In this document: positions 32,772 through 44,572 of the stretch, one piece after another | How positions within the stretch are numbered: position 1 is the stretch's first letter | Layout: the number at the start of each line of letters is the position of its first letter | DNA from: an uncultured Acidobacteriota bacterium | GTDB lineage: Bacteria; Acidobacteriota; Vicinamibacteria; Vicinamibacterales; UBA2999 | Reading direction: 5' to 3' | DNA: 64,000 nt | Assembly: GCA_963734635.1 (NCBI GenBank) | Contig: CAVTIA010000008.1 | Location: forward strand, 106,672-170,671 | Notes under the pieces: model-generated | The model's database searches: none | What the model saw: the letters and a program-made list of their open reading frames with translations, nothing else | What the model was told of the DNA's origin: nothing | Made by a program: the position numbers and the translations under genes

Positions 32772-34620
32772 TCAATCGATACCGAACGCGAGGAGTACGT
32801 TTCCAGGCATTCCGCCAAACCGGGGATAGCCTGAGTTGACGTAGACCATGCCGCCGACGACGACGGGGCCGGCACCGTCGAGCGATCCGCCTTTCGCCTC
32901 CACTCCATTGACTGTCGTGTAGGTCACCGCAGTATCGACATCCCACAGAACGCGGCCGTCCTGCGTCGAGAATGCGCGCAGATGTCCGTCAAGCGAGCCG
33001 GAAAAGACAACACCGGGAATCGAAGTGAGAGCTCCAGGTTGCGCGGGACTGCAGCCGGGGCGAGACGGTGCGCAGGGCTGCGGCGCCGCGTACCAGACGC
33101 GCTCGCCGTTGTCGAGTCGAAGAGCGGTGAGGCCACCGCCCTGCATCGCGTCGAACCGCGCGTCGCCGAGTGGCGGAGTATCGGGACCTGGAGGGAGTCG
33201 CACCATGTCGGACACAGACGCATAGACGTTCCGGCCGTCGCTCGTCATTCCCCACTGCACGCCGCCGTTGGTGCCACCCTTGCCGACGCGAACCTGCCAG
33301 ACAATCTCACCTTTGCGATCGGGATCGAGCGCGTACACGACACCCGACTTCTGACCGGCCACCAGCACATCGCGACCCGCGCTCGTTCTGATCAGCATCG
33401 CCGCCGCACCGTAATCGTGGTCCGGCCCGCTGTCTTCGGGGCAATTCGGTCCCTGACTGCCGCACGACGAGTTGTACACGTCCGCGGGCGTCGTCTGCTG
33501 AGACCAGACGATACGGCCCGTTTTCAGGTTCAGCGCGACAATCGCGTCGCTCGTAGAAGTTGCCGGATGCGAATAGTTGTCTCCGGTCGTCACGTACATC
33601 ACGCCGCGATTTGGATCGACGGTTGGAGTGGACCAGATGCCGGCGCCCGACGGTCCAAAGGTTGCGGTGCCGCTCTTCATCGCTCCTGTTCGTCGAGGCG
33701 GATCCACCATGTACGTCTGCCACGCTCGCGACCCGTCGCGGACGCGAAGCGCGGTGACGCTGCCGCGGAAGGTGCAGCAGGCGTATTGCGGGTCGATGGC
33801 GCGAGTCTCTTCCCAGGATGCAGCCGGCACGAACACGAGATCGCCGTACGCCGCCGCAGTCGCCGTCAAACGCGTGGCCTCGTGATCGTCCACCCGCGTT
33901 TTCCAGATTTCCTTTCCCGTACGGGCGTCGAGCGCGTACACCCACCCGAGCTGATCGCCGAAGACGAGGTTGCGACGCGATCCATCCTGGATTGCGAGCG
34001 GTGCGGCGCGCACCGGACCGTTCGCGCGGTACGTCCAGTGCAGACAGCCGGCGACGGCGTCGATCGCATGAATGAGGCCGCCAGCACTGCCCACGAACAT
34101 CGTGCCGTTGACGATCGTCGGCGCCGCGAACGCCGTGATGTCGCCGTCGAAACCGAATGCCCACTTCAGCTTCAAGCGAGTCACGTCAGCGGCGGCGATC
34201 CCACCCGAATCCTGGAATCGCGTGTTCGATGACGCAGCGCTCCAGCCGTTCCAGGTGTGACGCGCGTCGGCGGCCATGATCGGTCGATCCGCCGGGCAGA
34301 AGGCGCGCGAAGACGGTGTGGCTTCGGGCGCTGACGTGCCGAGAAAGGCGGCGACCGCCTGTCGCTCGTCCCGTTGGAGCGGATATGCCACCGACATCAT
34401 CACGCCGAAATCGAGCGTTCGCAGGATCCGCGTCGCCGGCAGCTTGCGGAGCGCCTCGCGGCTGGGAATTCGCGGGCTCGTCTGATCGTGACAGGAGGCG
34501 CAGTACCTGCTTATAGGTCTGCTCGCCCGACGGCGCCGCGCCTTGCGCGCCCACGTCGCACGGCAACAGGAGCAGCATGCTGAACCCCGCAGCCATACAC
34601 GCAGACAGTCCTGCTCTCAT
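32772..34620 (-). CDS. PQQ-dependent beta-propeller dehydrogenase with N-terminal cytochrome c (polyvinyl-alcohol dehydrogenase-like); apparent 1-nt insertion at ~34507
   Basis: Signal peptide; YCASCH after frame correction; LKLKWAF, vicinal CCTFRGS, GIWSTP, GQKSG, GGVQWG, GNVLLAF. Confidence 0.87.
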
Positions 34621-34716
34621 GGGGTCGGAGTATAGCGGACACTGACCTTTGTCTGCCCAACGGCCGCCTTCCGCGACCGGCCCGGTACCGTTCGGCGAGA
34701 AAGCACGTATTGCTAA

Positions 34717-34732
34717 CTGGTATCTGCCTTGC
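34717..34732 (+). promoter_or_regulatory. Putative sigma54 promoter
   Basis: CTGGTATCTGCCTTGC, TGG-N10-GC with TTGC. Confidence 0.5.
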
Positions 34733-34745
34733 CTGTTCGGTCAGC

Positions 34746-35006
34746 GTGTCTGACTGGCTTGCGTATGAAGCGCAGACCGTGATGTGGCGGATGCAGCGCC
34801 CCGACGGCATGTCGTGCCATGCGATGATTGAGCCGCGCGCTGACGGAGCCGTCATCACGTGGTACTTCAATGGTCACGTCCTGGGGTATCGAGTCTTCGA
34901 CGACTGGACGGCCGCACTCGGTTGGAGCGACCGGTTGCAGGCTCAGAACTGGACCGTCGGTTGGCGCCTCGTACCGGAGTATGACGACGCGCCTGAGGCG
35001 GACTGA
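34746..35006 (+). CDS. Small Trp-rich hypothetical protein
   Basis: Fills the gap between the PQQ gene and prfB and follows a sigma54-like site. Start uncertain (34746 or 34782). Confidence 0.6.
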   Translation: MSDWLAYEAQTVMWRMQRPDGMSCHAMIEPRADGAVITWYFNGHVLGYRVFDDWTAALGWSDRLQAQNWTVGWRLVPEYDDAPEAD

Positions 35007-35012
35007 CTCGCG

Positions 35013-36150
<1,138 letters not shown>

Positions 36151-36170
36151 ACAAACCTCCCCGTTTGAAG

Positions 36171-37793
36171 TTACGTGCGTGGGGCGGATTCCGAGGTGAG
36201 TCGCCTCCGCATCGAGCCGCGGGTCCGCCGGACCCCCACAAGCGCTACTGCCGTCAACACAATCGACGCGTACGCGACGACATCGCCAATGGCCGCGTAT
36301 GTCGTGCGCCCTGTCAGGACGCGCGCCTCGCCGACCAGCCCTACCTGCTCAAAGATAGCCGACCGCTGCACCACCTGCCCATAAGGATCGACGATACCCG
36401 TGATGCCCGTATTGGCGGCGCGCACGAGGTATCGGCCCTGTTCGATTGCGCGCATCGACGCCAGCTCGAAGTGCTGATATGGCGCGGACGAGTACCCGTA
36501 CCACCCGTCGTTGGTAATCGTCGTCAACAACTGGCTGCCGCCGAGAACCGCTTCGCGAATGAGTGACGGGTACACGACTTCGTAGCAGATCGCGGTGTTG
36601 ACCTGGTGCGAGCCGACCGGGAGCATCACCATTGATGTGCCAGGCGCGAAGTCGGCGAGCCGCTCGACGAGCGGCGAGACGAAATAGAGCAGGTTCTTGA
36701 ACGGAATGTACTCGCCGAACGGTACCAGGTGAATCTTCCGGTAGACGCCTCCGGTCTCGCCCTCAGGCGTTATGAGAAACGCCGCGTTGTACAGCCGGAC
36801 GACGTTGCCGCTCCGATCCACCTGATCGCTACCGAACAGAATCGGCACGCGGAGCTCGCGCGCCAGATCGCGCACGGCCGTTTCGCCGACGTCATCTTCC
36901 TCGAACATGAACGGCGTTGACGACTCGGGCCAGATGACGAATTCCGCCCCGCGTCGTACAGCATCGCGCGTCATCGCGATGTAGGTAGTAAAGATGCGAC
37001 GCGCCTCCTGCCGGTTCCATTTGTCTTCCTGCGCGATGTTGGCCTGGATCAGGCCGACCCGGAGCGGTGTTCCCTCGCGCGTGAGCGATCCGTCAGATAT
37101 TCGCAAGACGCCCCACACGGCGACCGCAGCCACCACGAGCGCAGCCGCGCCGAACCCGACGAGGCGAGCGCGGCCGGCCGAAAGTGCCCCATACGCCAGC
37201 GAAGCACTCACGAACGCGACGAGCGCTGAAATGCCATACACGCCGAATACGCTCGCGAGCTGAGCAACAGGAAGGACCGTGACCTGGCTGTTCCCGAGCG
37301 GGACCCAGGGAAAACCGCCCAGCAGGTAGCCGCGCAGGTACTCGGTGGCCACCCAGACGGCGGGCGCCAGAAACAACGCGCGTCTGCCGGCGCCGCGGAC
37401 GAGATATGCCACCATAAGCGCCGTCAGTGCGGGGAACAGCGCGAGGTACAACGCCAGCAGCAACATCGCCAGGAGCGCCAACGCCATAGGCACCCCGCCG
37501 AATTGCTGGAGGACCTCGCCAGTCCAATACGTGGTGCCGACGAAGTACACGATGCCGCTGACGAGGCCCAGCCTGAACGCGCGCTGCGCGGTCACGCCCT
37601 GCCCTTCGACGCCGCTCAGACCGAGCTCATCGGCACCACTCAGGGCGCGCGCCCCGACCTTCGGCACACGACGCCAACCGGCGAGCGCGATGAGCAACGG
37701 CACCAGCGCAATCCAGGCAAACGCGGGATGGCCAAATTTCGGGAAGCTGAGAGCGAGAAGCACCCCGGAGAGGAGCGCCAACCCGTAATCCAT
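36171..37793 (-). CDS. lnt: Apolipoprotein N-acyltransferase
   Basis: GGFPWVPLG, WPESS, KIHLVPFGEYIP, ICYE, TNDGWY, RAANTG. Confidence 0.95.
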   Translation of the reverse strand: MDYGLALLSGVLLALSFPKFGHPAFAWIALVPLLIALAGWRRVPKVGARALSGADELGLSGVEGQGVTAQRAFRLGLVSGIVYFVGTTYWTGEVLQQFGGVPMALALLAMLLLALYLALFPALTALMVAYLVRGAGRRALFLAPAVWVATEYLRGYLLGGFPWVPLGNSQVTVLPVAQLASVFGVYGISALVAFVSASLAYGALSAGRARLVGFGAAALVVAAVAVWGVLRISDGSLTREGTPLRVGLIQANIAQEDKWNRQEARRIFTTYIAMTRDAVRRGAEFVIWPESSTPFMFEEDDVGETAVRDLARELRVPILFGSDQVDRSGNVVRLYNAAFLITPEGETGGVYRKIHLVPFGEYIPFKNLLYFVSPLVERLADFAPGTSMVMLPVGSHQVNTAICYEVVYPSLIREAVLGGSQLLTTITNDGWYGYSSAPYQHFELASMRAIEQGRYLVRAANTGITGIVDPYGQVVQRSAIFEQVGLVGEARVLTGRTTYAAIGDVVAYASIVLTAVALVGVRRTRGSMRRRLTSESAPRT

Positions 37794-37852
37794 CAGGACA
37801 TTGTCGCCTGAACGTCGGTGTGATTGCTCAGGCTCAGGGTTCCACCTACGCG

Positions 37853-37881
37853 TACGTGGGGCAGGTCCTTTCGGACCCGCC
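37853..37881 (+). repeat. Variant REP-like hairpin
   Basis: TACGTGG-GGCAGGTCC-TTTC-GGACCCGCC. Confidence 0.5.
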
Positions 37882-37897
37882 TGGTTTGATCCGTGTG

Positions 37898-39839
37898 TTA
37901 CCGCGCGCTCGCACTCGTCGTCGTGGCGCGCCGGGTCAGCAGATCCCAGTGCTCACCGGCATGACTGACGATGGCCGGGACGTCCTCCGCCAGGAGGTAG
38001 CCTTCCTTCACGAGGCGCGCTGCGGACTCCTGCACGAGCCCCACATATTGATCGCGCGATTTGTAGCGTTCCTCTATTGAGAGTCGTGGATCGCCGTTCC
38101 GTTCACGTTCGGCTTTCGTGCTCGCAAATGGAACGTATCCGCCGAGCAGCGGGAAGAACTGCTCGGTACCGCCGATCGCGTTACTCCGGAAATTCCACCC
38201 CGTGTAGGTAGCGAGCGGCACCGCCACTTCCGGGAGCCGGAGGCTGGCGATCGGATTCCCATCGCGATCGACCTGCGGCACAAACAGTGGCAGTGGTGTG
38301 CCGGCTCCGCCATCGCGTGGCAACAGCCGGTTTGGTCCGCGAACTCCCGCAAACGCCGTGCGAGGCGACGTCACCCCAGGCAGATTCGGAAAAGCGATAT
38401 CGGTAGCACGTACGAGCGTCCCATCCTGCAGCCGCGGATACCGGTTCGGCGGAGGCGCCGTCCCATCGCGCACCCACTTCTCCATCGCGACGAGCAGCGC
38501 GCGCAGCGAGAGCTTCAGATCGTACGGGTTGTCCGCAAGCGCGCCGTTGGTCGCTGCGGGCGGGAACCGGCCGATGTTATGCGGCGCACCCGCAAAGTGA
38601 TAGAGGCGCACGTTGGCCGGCGGCGCCACGTCCTTCGAACCGTCCGGCGTCGTGTGGCTCAGTGCGACCCCGCGCTCCCAATACTCGGTGTCCGAGTACG
38701 TGTAGAAAATCTTCGGCTGGTTCTCACTGGCGCGCGGGTTCTCGAGCAACCCTTCCTCGGCGCCCGTAACAGGATCCCGCTGCTTCACGTCAGAGAACGG
38801 AAAGTGCGTTGCCGTTTCCATCAACAGCGACGTTGGCGTGGACCAGCGCTGATTGAGCAGCACGCCGGCTGCGCCGCCAATGTGCGGGATCACCGCGTCG
38901 AACACCCGGCGATTACGCTCGTCAGAGTTGAAGCCCTCGTACACGAAATCCCTCAGCCAGCGGCCCGTCTGTGACGACCCGTACGCAAACGCGTACTTGG
39001 CCGACACCGTCGCACCGGCTGCGTACTTCACCCAGGCAGACGCATCGCGGACGGCGGCGAATCCAAGGCCGGCCACCGGCGGGTTGGTTGCCGTATACGC
39101 GAGCTCGTAGGTGTGTCCCGGCTGGAACCCCGCATCCATCGTGACCGTGTTGCCTGCCAACCGCCACGCGCTGCGCGGAATCGTCGTCCAGGCGGCGCCG
39201 AGCCGTTCGCGAACCCGAAGGGTGTTCTCGGCAGACGCCGGGTCGCTCGGCATGTAGCCAACAAGGTCGCCGACGGTGGCCTCGGTGCTGCGCGCGGTGG
39301 GAATGAACGTGGCGCGCACGAGCCCGGTAACGTCGACGGCACCCGGCACCTCGATTCGGACCGCGCCAGCACGACGAGCGTCGAACTCCCAGCCGACCTG
39401 AACAATCGTGTAGCCCCGGCTCAGGAGGAAGCCGTCGCCGACTTCCCCTTCAGGAGTTGTCGTGACCGGCCCGTTGAATGCAGCTGAGAGCAACCGTGCC
39501 ACCCCGATTCACGATGTCGAAAAGCGCAATCCCGTTGCCGCGGGACGGATCGCGCGGCCGCAGGATGACCAGGTCCGCCGACATCTCGATCTTTCCGGCC
39601 GCATTCTTCGGAGCTTTGTCGAGGTCGGCGATGACCTGATTGCGCCTGTTGGCGGGGTCGATCAGGAAGTGGAGCGTGCCGGCGATGCGTTCGTACGGAC
39701 CGACCGATCCAAACGAACGGCCGTTGGCGACATCGCGGCGCGACGTAATCTCGACGCGCGAGACCTCCGCACCGACGAGCGCTGGCACGATCAAGACGAG
39801 GAGCATCGACTGAACCGCGCGGCGAAGAATCGGGGTCAT
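37898..39839 (-). CDS. Secreted alpha/beta-hydrolase domain protein, copy 3; apparent 1-nt insertion at ~39485
   Basis: GGAGG RBS; VGA-EVSRVEI, DIVNRG, VGWEFD, GSSQTGRWLR, EYW, GAPH, PQVDRDGN, DPRLSIEERY. Confidence 0.88.
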
Positions 39840-39940
39840 CGGCTGCCTCCAGAAGACTTGAAATCCGCAAATTCGTGTTCTTCGCGGCAGGTTACATCCG
39901 GCGCGACATAATTCAAAATGCAAAATTCAACATGCAAACA

Positions 39941-40723
39941 ATGTCATCGGACTTGAACGCCGCACGAGCCGAGCTTGCTCCCAGCGGCACGCTCCGCGTC
40001 GGCATCAACTTCGGCAACGTGCTCCTCACGGGCAAGGACCCGGTCACCGGCGAGCCGCGCGGCGTGGCGGTTGATCTTGCGAGAGAGCTGGCGCGGCATC
40101 TCGACGTACCACTCGAAATCGTGCCGTTTGAGTCGGCCGGTGCACTGGCGGATGCGGCACCACGTGGTGCCTGGGACGTCGGGTTTCTCGGCGCCGAACC
40201 GCAGCGTGCGAATGACATCAGCTTTACGGCGGCATACGTGGAAATCGAATCGACGTATCTCGTGCCGCCCGGCTCGCCTGTCCGCAGCGTGGCCGACATG
40301 GACCGAGACGGCCTGCGCATCGCCGTGGCGGACAAGAGCGCGTACGACCTGTATTTGAGCCGCAGTCTGCAGCGCGCACGGCTGGAGCGCGCTTCAGGAT
40401 TCGAGGGTTCGTTCCAGCTGCTCATCGACGCAAGAGCGGACGCCCTCGCCGGACTTCGGCCTGTCCTTCTCACCTGCGTCGAAAAGCTGCCGGGCTCCCG
40501 CGTTCTGGACGATCGATTCACTACGATTCAGCAGGCGGTTGGTACGCCGAAAGGGCGCGAGGCTGGCGCGGCGTACTTGCGGGAGTTCGTCGAGAACGTC
40601 AAAGCGACCGGGCTCGTCGCACAGCTTATCGAGAAGAATGGCGTGCGCGGCCTTACCGTCGCCGTCGGCTCTTCTGATCCACGAGTTCCCGATACCGGAA
40701 ACACGTCGTCAGGTGGTCGTTGA
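39941..40723 (+). CDS. Solute-binding protein, family 3-like (no adjacent permease)
   Basis: LAPSGTLRVGINFGN, GVAVDLAREL, SAYDLYL, QQAVGTPK. Confidence 0.82.
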   Translation: MSSDLNAARAELAPSGTLRVGINFGNVLLTGKDPVTGEPRGVAVDLARELARHLDVPLEIVPFESAGALADAAPRGAWDVGFLGAEPQRANDISFTAAYVEIESTYLVPPGSPVRSVADMDRDGLRIAVADKSAYDLYLSRSLQRARLERASGFEGSFQLLIDARADALAGLRPVLLTCVEKLPGSRVLDDRFTTIQQAVGTPKGREAGAAYLREFVENVKATGLVAQLIEKNGVRGLTVAVGSSDPRVPDTGNTSSGGR

Positions 40724-41240
40724 CCATCCCCACGGCTTGCATGAACGCGTAGCAGATCGTCGAGCCTACGAAACGGAAGCCGCGGCGCTTCAGATCCTTG
40801 CTCAACGCGTCTGACTCGCTGGTGGTGGCCGGCACCTGACGAAACACGCGCCACCCGTTCTGCTTCGGCTCGCCGCCGACGAACCGCCACACGTACGCAT
40901 CGAACGACCCGAACTCGCGTTGAACCTGCAGGAACGCTCGAGCGTTCGACACAGTACTTTCGATCTTCAGACGATTCCTCACGAGATCGGGATCCTGAAG
41001 AAGGCGCTCGATTTTCGACGGAGAGAACCTCGCCACGGCCGCAGGATCGAAGTTTGCGAAGCTGCGTCGGTAACCGGGGCGCTTCTTCAGGATGATCGAC
41101 CAGCTCAAGCCTGCCTGGGCGCCCTCGAGCGTCAGGAATTCAAACAGCAGCCGGTCGTCGTGTACCGGGACGCCCCACTCCCGGTCGTGGTATTCGATGT
41201 CGAGCTCGGCCTTTGCCCAGGGGCAGCGTTGAACGGTCAC
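40653..41240 (-). CDS. tag: DNA-3-methyladenine glycosylase I
   Basis: RCPWA, YHDREWG, LEGAQAGLSW, RNRLKI, GFRFVG, NDHLTTC. Confidence 0.94.
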   Translation of the reverse strand: MTVQRCPWAKAELDIEYHDREWGVPVHDDRLLFEFLTLEGAQAGLSWSIILKKRPGYRRSFANFDPAAVARFSPSKIERLLQDPDLVRNRLKIESTVSNARAFLQVQREFGSFDAYVWRFVGGEPKQNGWRVFRQVPATTSESDALSKDLKRRGFRFVGSTICYAFMQAVGMVNDHLTTCFRYRELVDQKSRRRR

Positions 41241-41301
41241 AGCGCGGCACAGCCGCAACCAATCATACCGCGCTGTGACCGCGGACCAGCGCTGGCACGA
41301 A

Positions 41302-41362
41302 CGTGACACTAACGCGCTTGAGTTGTTTGTTAAGAAGACACATCCAGCGCGTTAGTGTCACG
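41302..41362. repeat. Perfect 17-bp inverted repeat with a 27-nt AT-rich spacer
   Basis: CGTGACACTAACGCGCT ... AGCGCGTTAGTGTCACG. Confidence 0.8.
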
Positions 41363-41386
41363 AAGAGAGGGTGAGTATAGTTCGCG

Positions 41387-41773
41387 ATGAATACTGTCGC
41401 ATGGGTCGGGCAAATTGTCCTTGGCGCGGCGTTTGTGGCCTTCGGGCTCGCGCACAGCTTCGGCGCCGCTCAAGCGCCGCTACAGCCGGGCGCGCGGTGG
41501 ATCGGTGACGTCCCGCCACACCTGCTCATCTTCATCTCGGTGTGCGAGCTCCTGGGCGGCTTCACGCTGATCGTCCCGTGGGTGACGAAACGACAGCCGT
41601 GGCTCACCGTGCTGGCGGCAGGGTTTATCGCTGTCCTTATGGCGTTCGCCGCGATATTCCACTGGACCCGCGGCGAACACCTCAACATCGTATTCAACGT
41701 CATTCTGGGAAGCCTCGCCGCGTTCGTCGCGTACGAGCGCTGGGTGATCGCGCCGAGCACAGTAACCAACTAA
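41387..41773 (+). CDS. DoxX-family membrane protein
   Basis: Four hydrophobic segments, CELLGG, AAIFHWTRGE. Confidence 0.82.
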   Translation: MNTVAWVGQIVLGAAFVAFGLAHSFGAAQAPLQPGARWIGDVPPHLLIFISVCELLGGFTLIVPWVTKRQPWLTVLAAGFIAVLMAFAAIFHWTRGEHLNIVFNVILGSLAAFVAYERWVIAPSTVTN

Positions 41774-41782
41774 CGGGCCGGG

Positions 41783-42169
41783 CTAGGTGACCAGCGTGTT
41801 GTGGAAAGCGACGATAGGCCAATCGTCCTGATCGCGCACCAGCACGAGTGAAAACAACGCCTGGTGCTCGCCCGCGAGCGGACCCGTGGGTACCTTGAGT
41901 GTGCTTTTCACGTGGGCCAGGAGAACTGCCGGCGCGAGCGTGCGCACCGCGGCCACCTGCAAACGGACGACGCTGCCCTTGTAGACACTGCTGAAAATAG
42001 CCTGGTGACCTTTCGCGATCGCTTCACGGGTCCGATGGTGCTCACCGCGGATGTTTACAAAGTCGGCATTCTCGGCGAAAGGCCGCGCGAAGGCGACGCC
42101 ATCGGCAGCGTTCCACGCGCTCTCGAGCTCGTTCACGATATTCGCAACAATCTGATCTCCAGGATCCAT
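41783..42169 (-). CDS. SgcJ/EcaC (NTF2-like, DUF4440) family protein
   Basis: AWNAADG..FAENADFVNIRG, WPIVAFHNT. Confidence 0.85.
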   Translation of the reverse strand: MDPGDQIVANIVNELESAWNAADGVAFARPFAENADFVNIRGEHHRTREAIAKGHQAIFSSVYKGSVVRLQVAAVRTLAPAVLLAHVKSTLKVPTGPLAGEHQALFSLVLVRDQDDWPIVAFHNTLVT

Positions 42170-42172
42170 CCG

Positions 42173-43549
42173 TTACCTCTTCATCGACGCTGCGCTCTGT
42201 TGCGCCCCGCCCTTCGCCTCCGCATCGACATCCCGCTCCCAGTCGGCCAGCAGCGGCTGCAGTTTCTGCGCGATGTCCTGACGACGCGACGCGAGGTCCT
42301 GGCGCTCGCTGATATCGGTGCGAATATTGAAGACAAAGGTGTGCGTACCGTCGATCACGACCTTCCAGTCGCCGCGGCGCACTGCCTTCTGCGATCGGTT
42401 GCCCGTCGTCGTGCGCCAGAAGAGCGTGCGTTCCACTTCAGGCGCCCGGCCCTCCAGGATCGGCATCAGGTTGATACCTTCGAGACGAGCATCCACCGGC
42501 ACCGCGGTGCCGGTCGCCGCAAGGATAGATGCGGTGAGGTCCATCGTGATGCCGACCTGATCGGACGCCTCGCCCGCCGGAATCCTTCCCGGCCACCGAA
42601 TAAGGGCCGGGACTCGGATGCCTCCCTCCCACACGGTCAACTTCCGGTTGAATAGCGGTGCATTGTTGGCCAGCCATTCGCCACCGTTGTCGTTGGTGAA
42701 GATAACGATCGTGCTACTTGCGACGCCACGACGCTCCAGGGCACGCAGCACTTCACCGACGCCGCGATCGACTCGCTCGACCATGGCGACATAATCCGCC
42801 CGTGTGCTCGTGATCGGGTCGCCCGGCATGACGTGTCGCCCGTTGTTCGGGGCGACTGATGGCTTGTCGGGCACCTGATACGGCCAGTGGGGTGCGTTAT
42901 AGGCGACGTCGATGAAGAAAGGGCGACCGGCAGTCTGCTCGATGAATTTCACGGCGCGTTCCGTGATGAGGTCGGTCATATAACCGGTCGCCTCGATGGG
43001 GCGGTCGTTCTCCCACAGGTCAGGCTTCCCGTTTCCGCTGTGGTGCGTGTAGTAGTCGTGGTACCCACTCTTCAGGCCGAAGAAGTAGTCGAAGCCGTGG
43101 GCGCTCGGGCTGTACTCCGCCTTGTAGCCGAGATGCCACTTCCCAACCAGAGCCGTCGCGTAGCCATTGTTCTTGAGCAGCCGTGGCAACGTACGGCCGG
43201 TGGCCGGCAGCCCGCGATCCGCTTCCGGCGCGCCCTCGTTCGGCAAGGCGATCTCGAGACCGTATCGCTGCTGATATCGTCCGGACATGAGACCGGCGCG
43301 CGTGGGCGTACACAGAACGCCATTCGAGTAGAAGTCGGTCAACTTGACGCCGTCGCGCGCCAGGGTGTCGATGTTTGGTGTCCTGATGTCTGGAGCACCA
43401 TAGCTTCCGATATCCGCCCAGCCCATGTCATCGGTCATGATGAGCACAACGTTTGGTCTTGCTGGATCAGCAGATTGGGCGGCGGCGGCGTACATAGACG
43501 AGGGAAAGAAGAACGTAGTCAGAGCGAGGATGCCGACATACGAACGCAT
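42173..43549 (-). CDS. Formylglycine-dependent sulfatase, secreted
   Basis: RPNVVLIMTDDMG, CTPTRAGLMSG (CxPxR), GKWHLG, NDNG, EGGIRVP. Confidence 0.93.
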   Translation of the reverse strand: MRSYVGILALTTFFFPSSMYAAAAQSADPARPNVVLIMTDDMGWADIGSYGAPDIRTPNIDTLARDGVKLTDFYSNGVLCTPTRAGLMSGRYQQRYGLEIALPNEGAPEADRGLPATGRTLPRLLKNNGYATALVGKWHLGYKAEYSPSAHGFDYFFGLKSGYHDYYTHHSGNGKPDLWENDRPIEATGYMTDLITERAVKFIEQTAGRPFFIDVAYNAPHWPYQVPDKPSVAPNNGRHVMPGDPITSTRADYVAMVERVDRGVGEVLRALERRGVASSTIVIFTNDNGGEWLANNAPLFNRKLTVWEGGIRVPALIRWPGRIPAGEASDQVGITMDLTASILAATGTAVPVDARLEGINLMPILEGRAPEVERTLFWRTTTGNRSQKAVRRGDWKVVIDGTHTFVFNIRTDISERQDLASRRQDIAQKLQPLLADWERDVDAEAKGGAQQSAASMKR

Positions 43550-43646
43550 GCGAATCCTCCCGGATGCGATCCTTGCGCAACAAGCAGACCGGCGCGGATG
43601 TTAGCACGCCGACGCTGACCACCAGATCACCTTGCGGGGAGTCAAG

Positions 43647-44453
43647 ATGGATGAGCGAGTGGACCTCTATGACAACGTCTACACCGACTTCGGGAGCCGC
43701 GCCGAAGCTGAGGTACGCCGTGACGCCTTCGGTGAGGACATCGGGCAAAGCAGTTGGTTGACGTCTGCGGAATGGCTTCGGTTCGCGGACCAGGTGCAGG
43801 CGCGCGAGCAGGCGCACGTGCTCGAAGTCGGGAGCGGCTCCGGCGGACCTGCGGTCTATCTCGCTTCTGCACGAGGCTGTCGCGTGACCGGTGTTGATAT
43901 CAACGAGCATGGCATTCGCAATGGCGAACGATTGGCGTCGGTCCAAGGCGTCGCGGATCGCGTGACGTTTCGCGCTGTAGATGCAGGCAAGCCGCTGCCG
44001 TTCCCGGACGCCAGTTTCGATGCCGTGCTATCGAATGACGCGATGTGCCACATCCCCAATCGTCTGGACGTTCTCAGCGACTGGCACCGCGTGCTGCGGC
44101 CCGGCGGGCGCATGCTGTTCACGGACGCGATGGTCGTCACCGGTCTACTGTCGAATGAGGAGCTTGCCGTCCGCAGTTCCATCGGGTGGTATCTGTTCGT
44201 ACCGCCCGGAGAGAACGAACGACTGATCGAGCGTGCAGGGTTCACGCTGCTGTCCAGCGAGGACATGACCGCGTCGGCTGAAGTGATTGCGGAGCGCTGG
44301 CACGCCGCAAGGGAGCGACATCGGGAGGAACTCGTCGCGCGGGAAGGTCAGGCGAACTTTGCCGGTCTTCAACGGTTTCTCTCGTGCGTGCACCGGCTCT
44401 CGGCGGAGCGTCGCCTTTCACGGTACGGCTATCTCGCGCAGAAGGCTGCGTAG
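43647..44453 (+). CDS. Class I SAM-dependent methyltransferase
   Basis: VLEVGSGSGG, VTGVD, LPFPDASFDAV, RVLRPGG. Confidence 0.9.
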   Translation: MDERVDLYDNVYTDFGSRAEAEVRRDAFGEDIGQSSWLTSAEWLRFADQVQAREQAHVLEVGSGSGGPAVYLASARGCRVTGVDINEHGIRNGERLASVQGVADRVTFRAVDAGKPLPFPDASFDAVLSNDAMCHIPNRLDVLSDWHRVLRPGGRMLFTDAMVVTGLLSNEELAVRSSIGWYLFVPPGENERLIERAGFTLLSSEDMTASAEVIAERWHAARERHREELVAREGQANFAGLQRFLSCVHRLSAERRLSRYGYLAQKAA

Positions 44454-44537
44454 CCGAGCTTCAACCTCCGCCGTGGGCGAATTTGCGGCCGGAGTTGTGA
44501 TTTGCAAGACTGCTTCGTCGATCGCGAAAGGAGTCGG

Positions 44538-44563
44538 ACGTAGTGTCCGGCTTCAGCCGGACC
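44538..44563 (+). repeat. GTAG-type REP element
   Basis: ACGTAGTGTCCGGCTTCAGCCGGACC. Confidence 0.9.
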
Positions 44564-44572
44564 GGCCGTCAG

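Noticed and set aside
40653-40723. 71-nt convergent overlap of the binding-protein gene and tag
   Set aside because: Low-complexity tail read-through is common in GC-rich genomes; nothing suggests a function.
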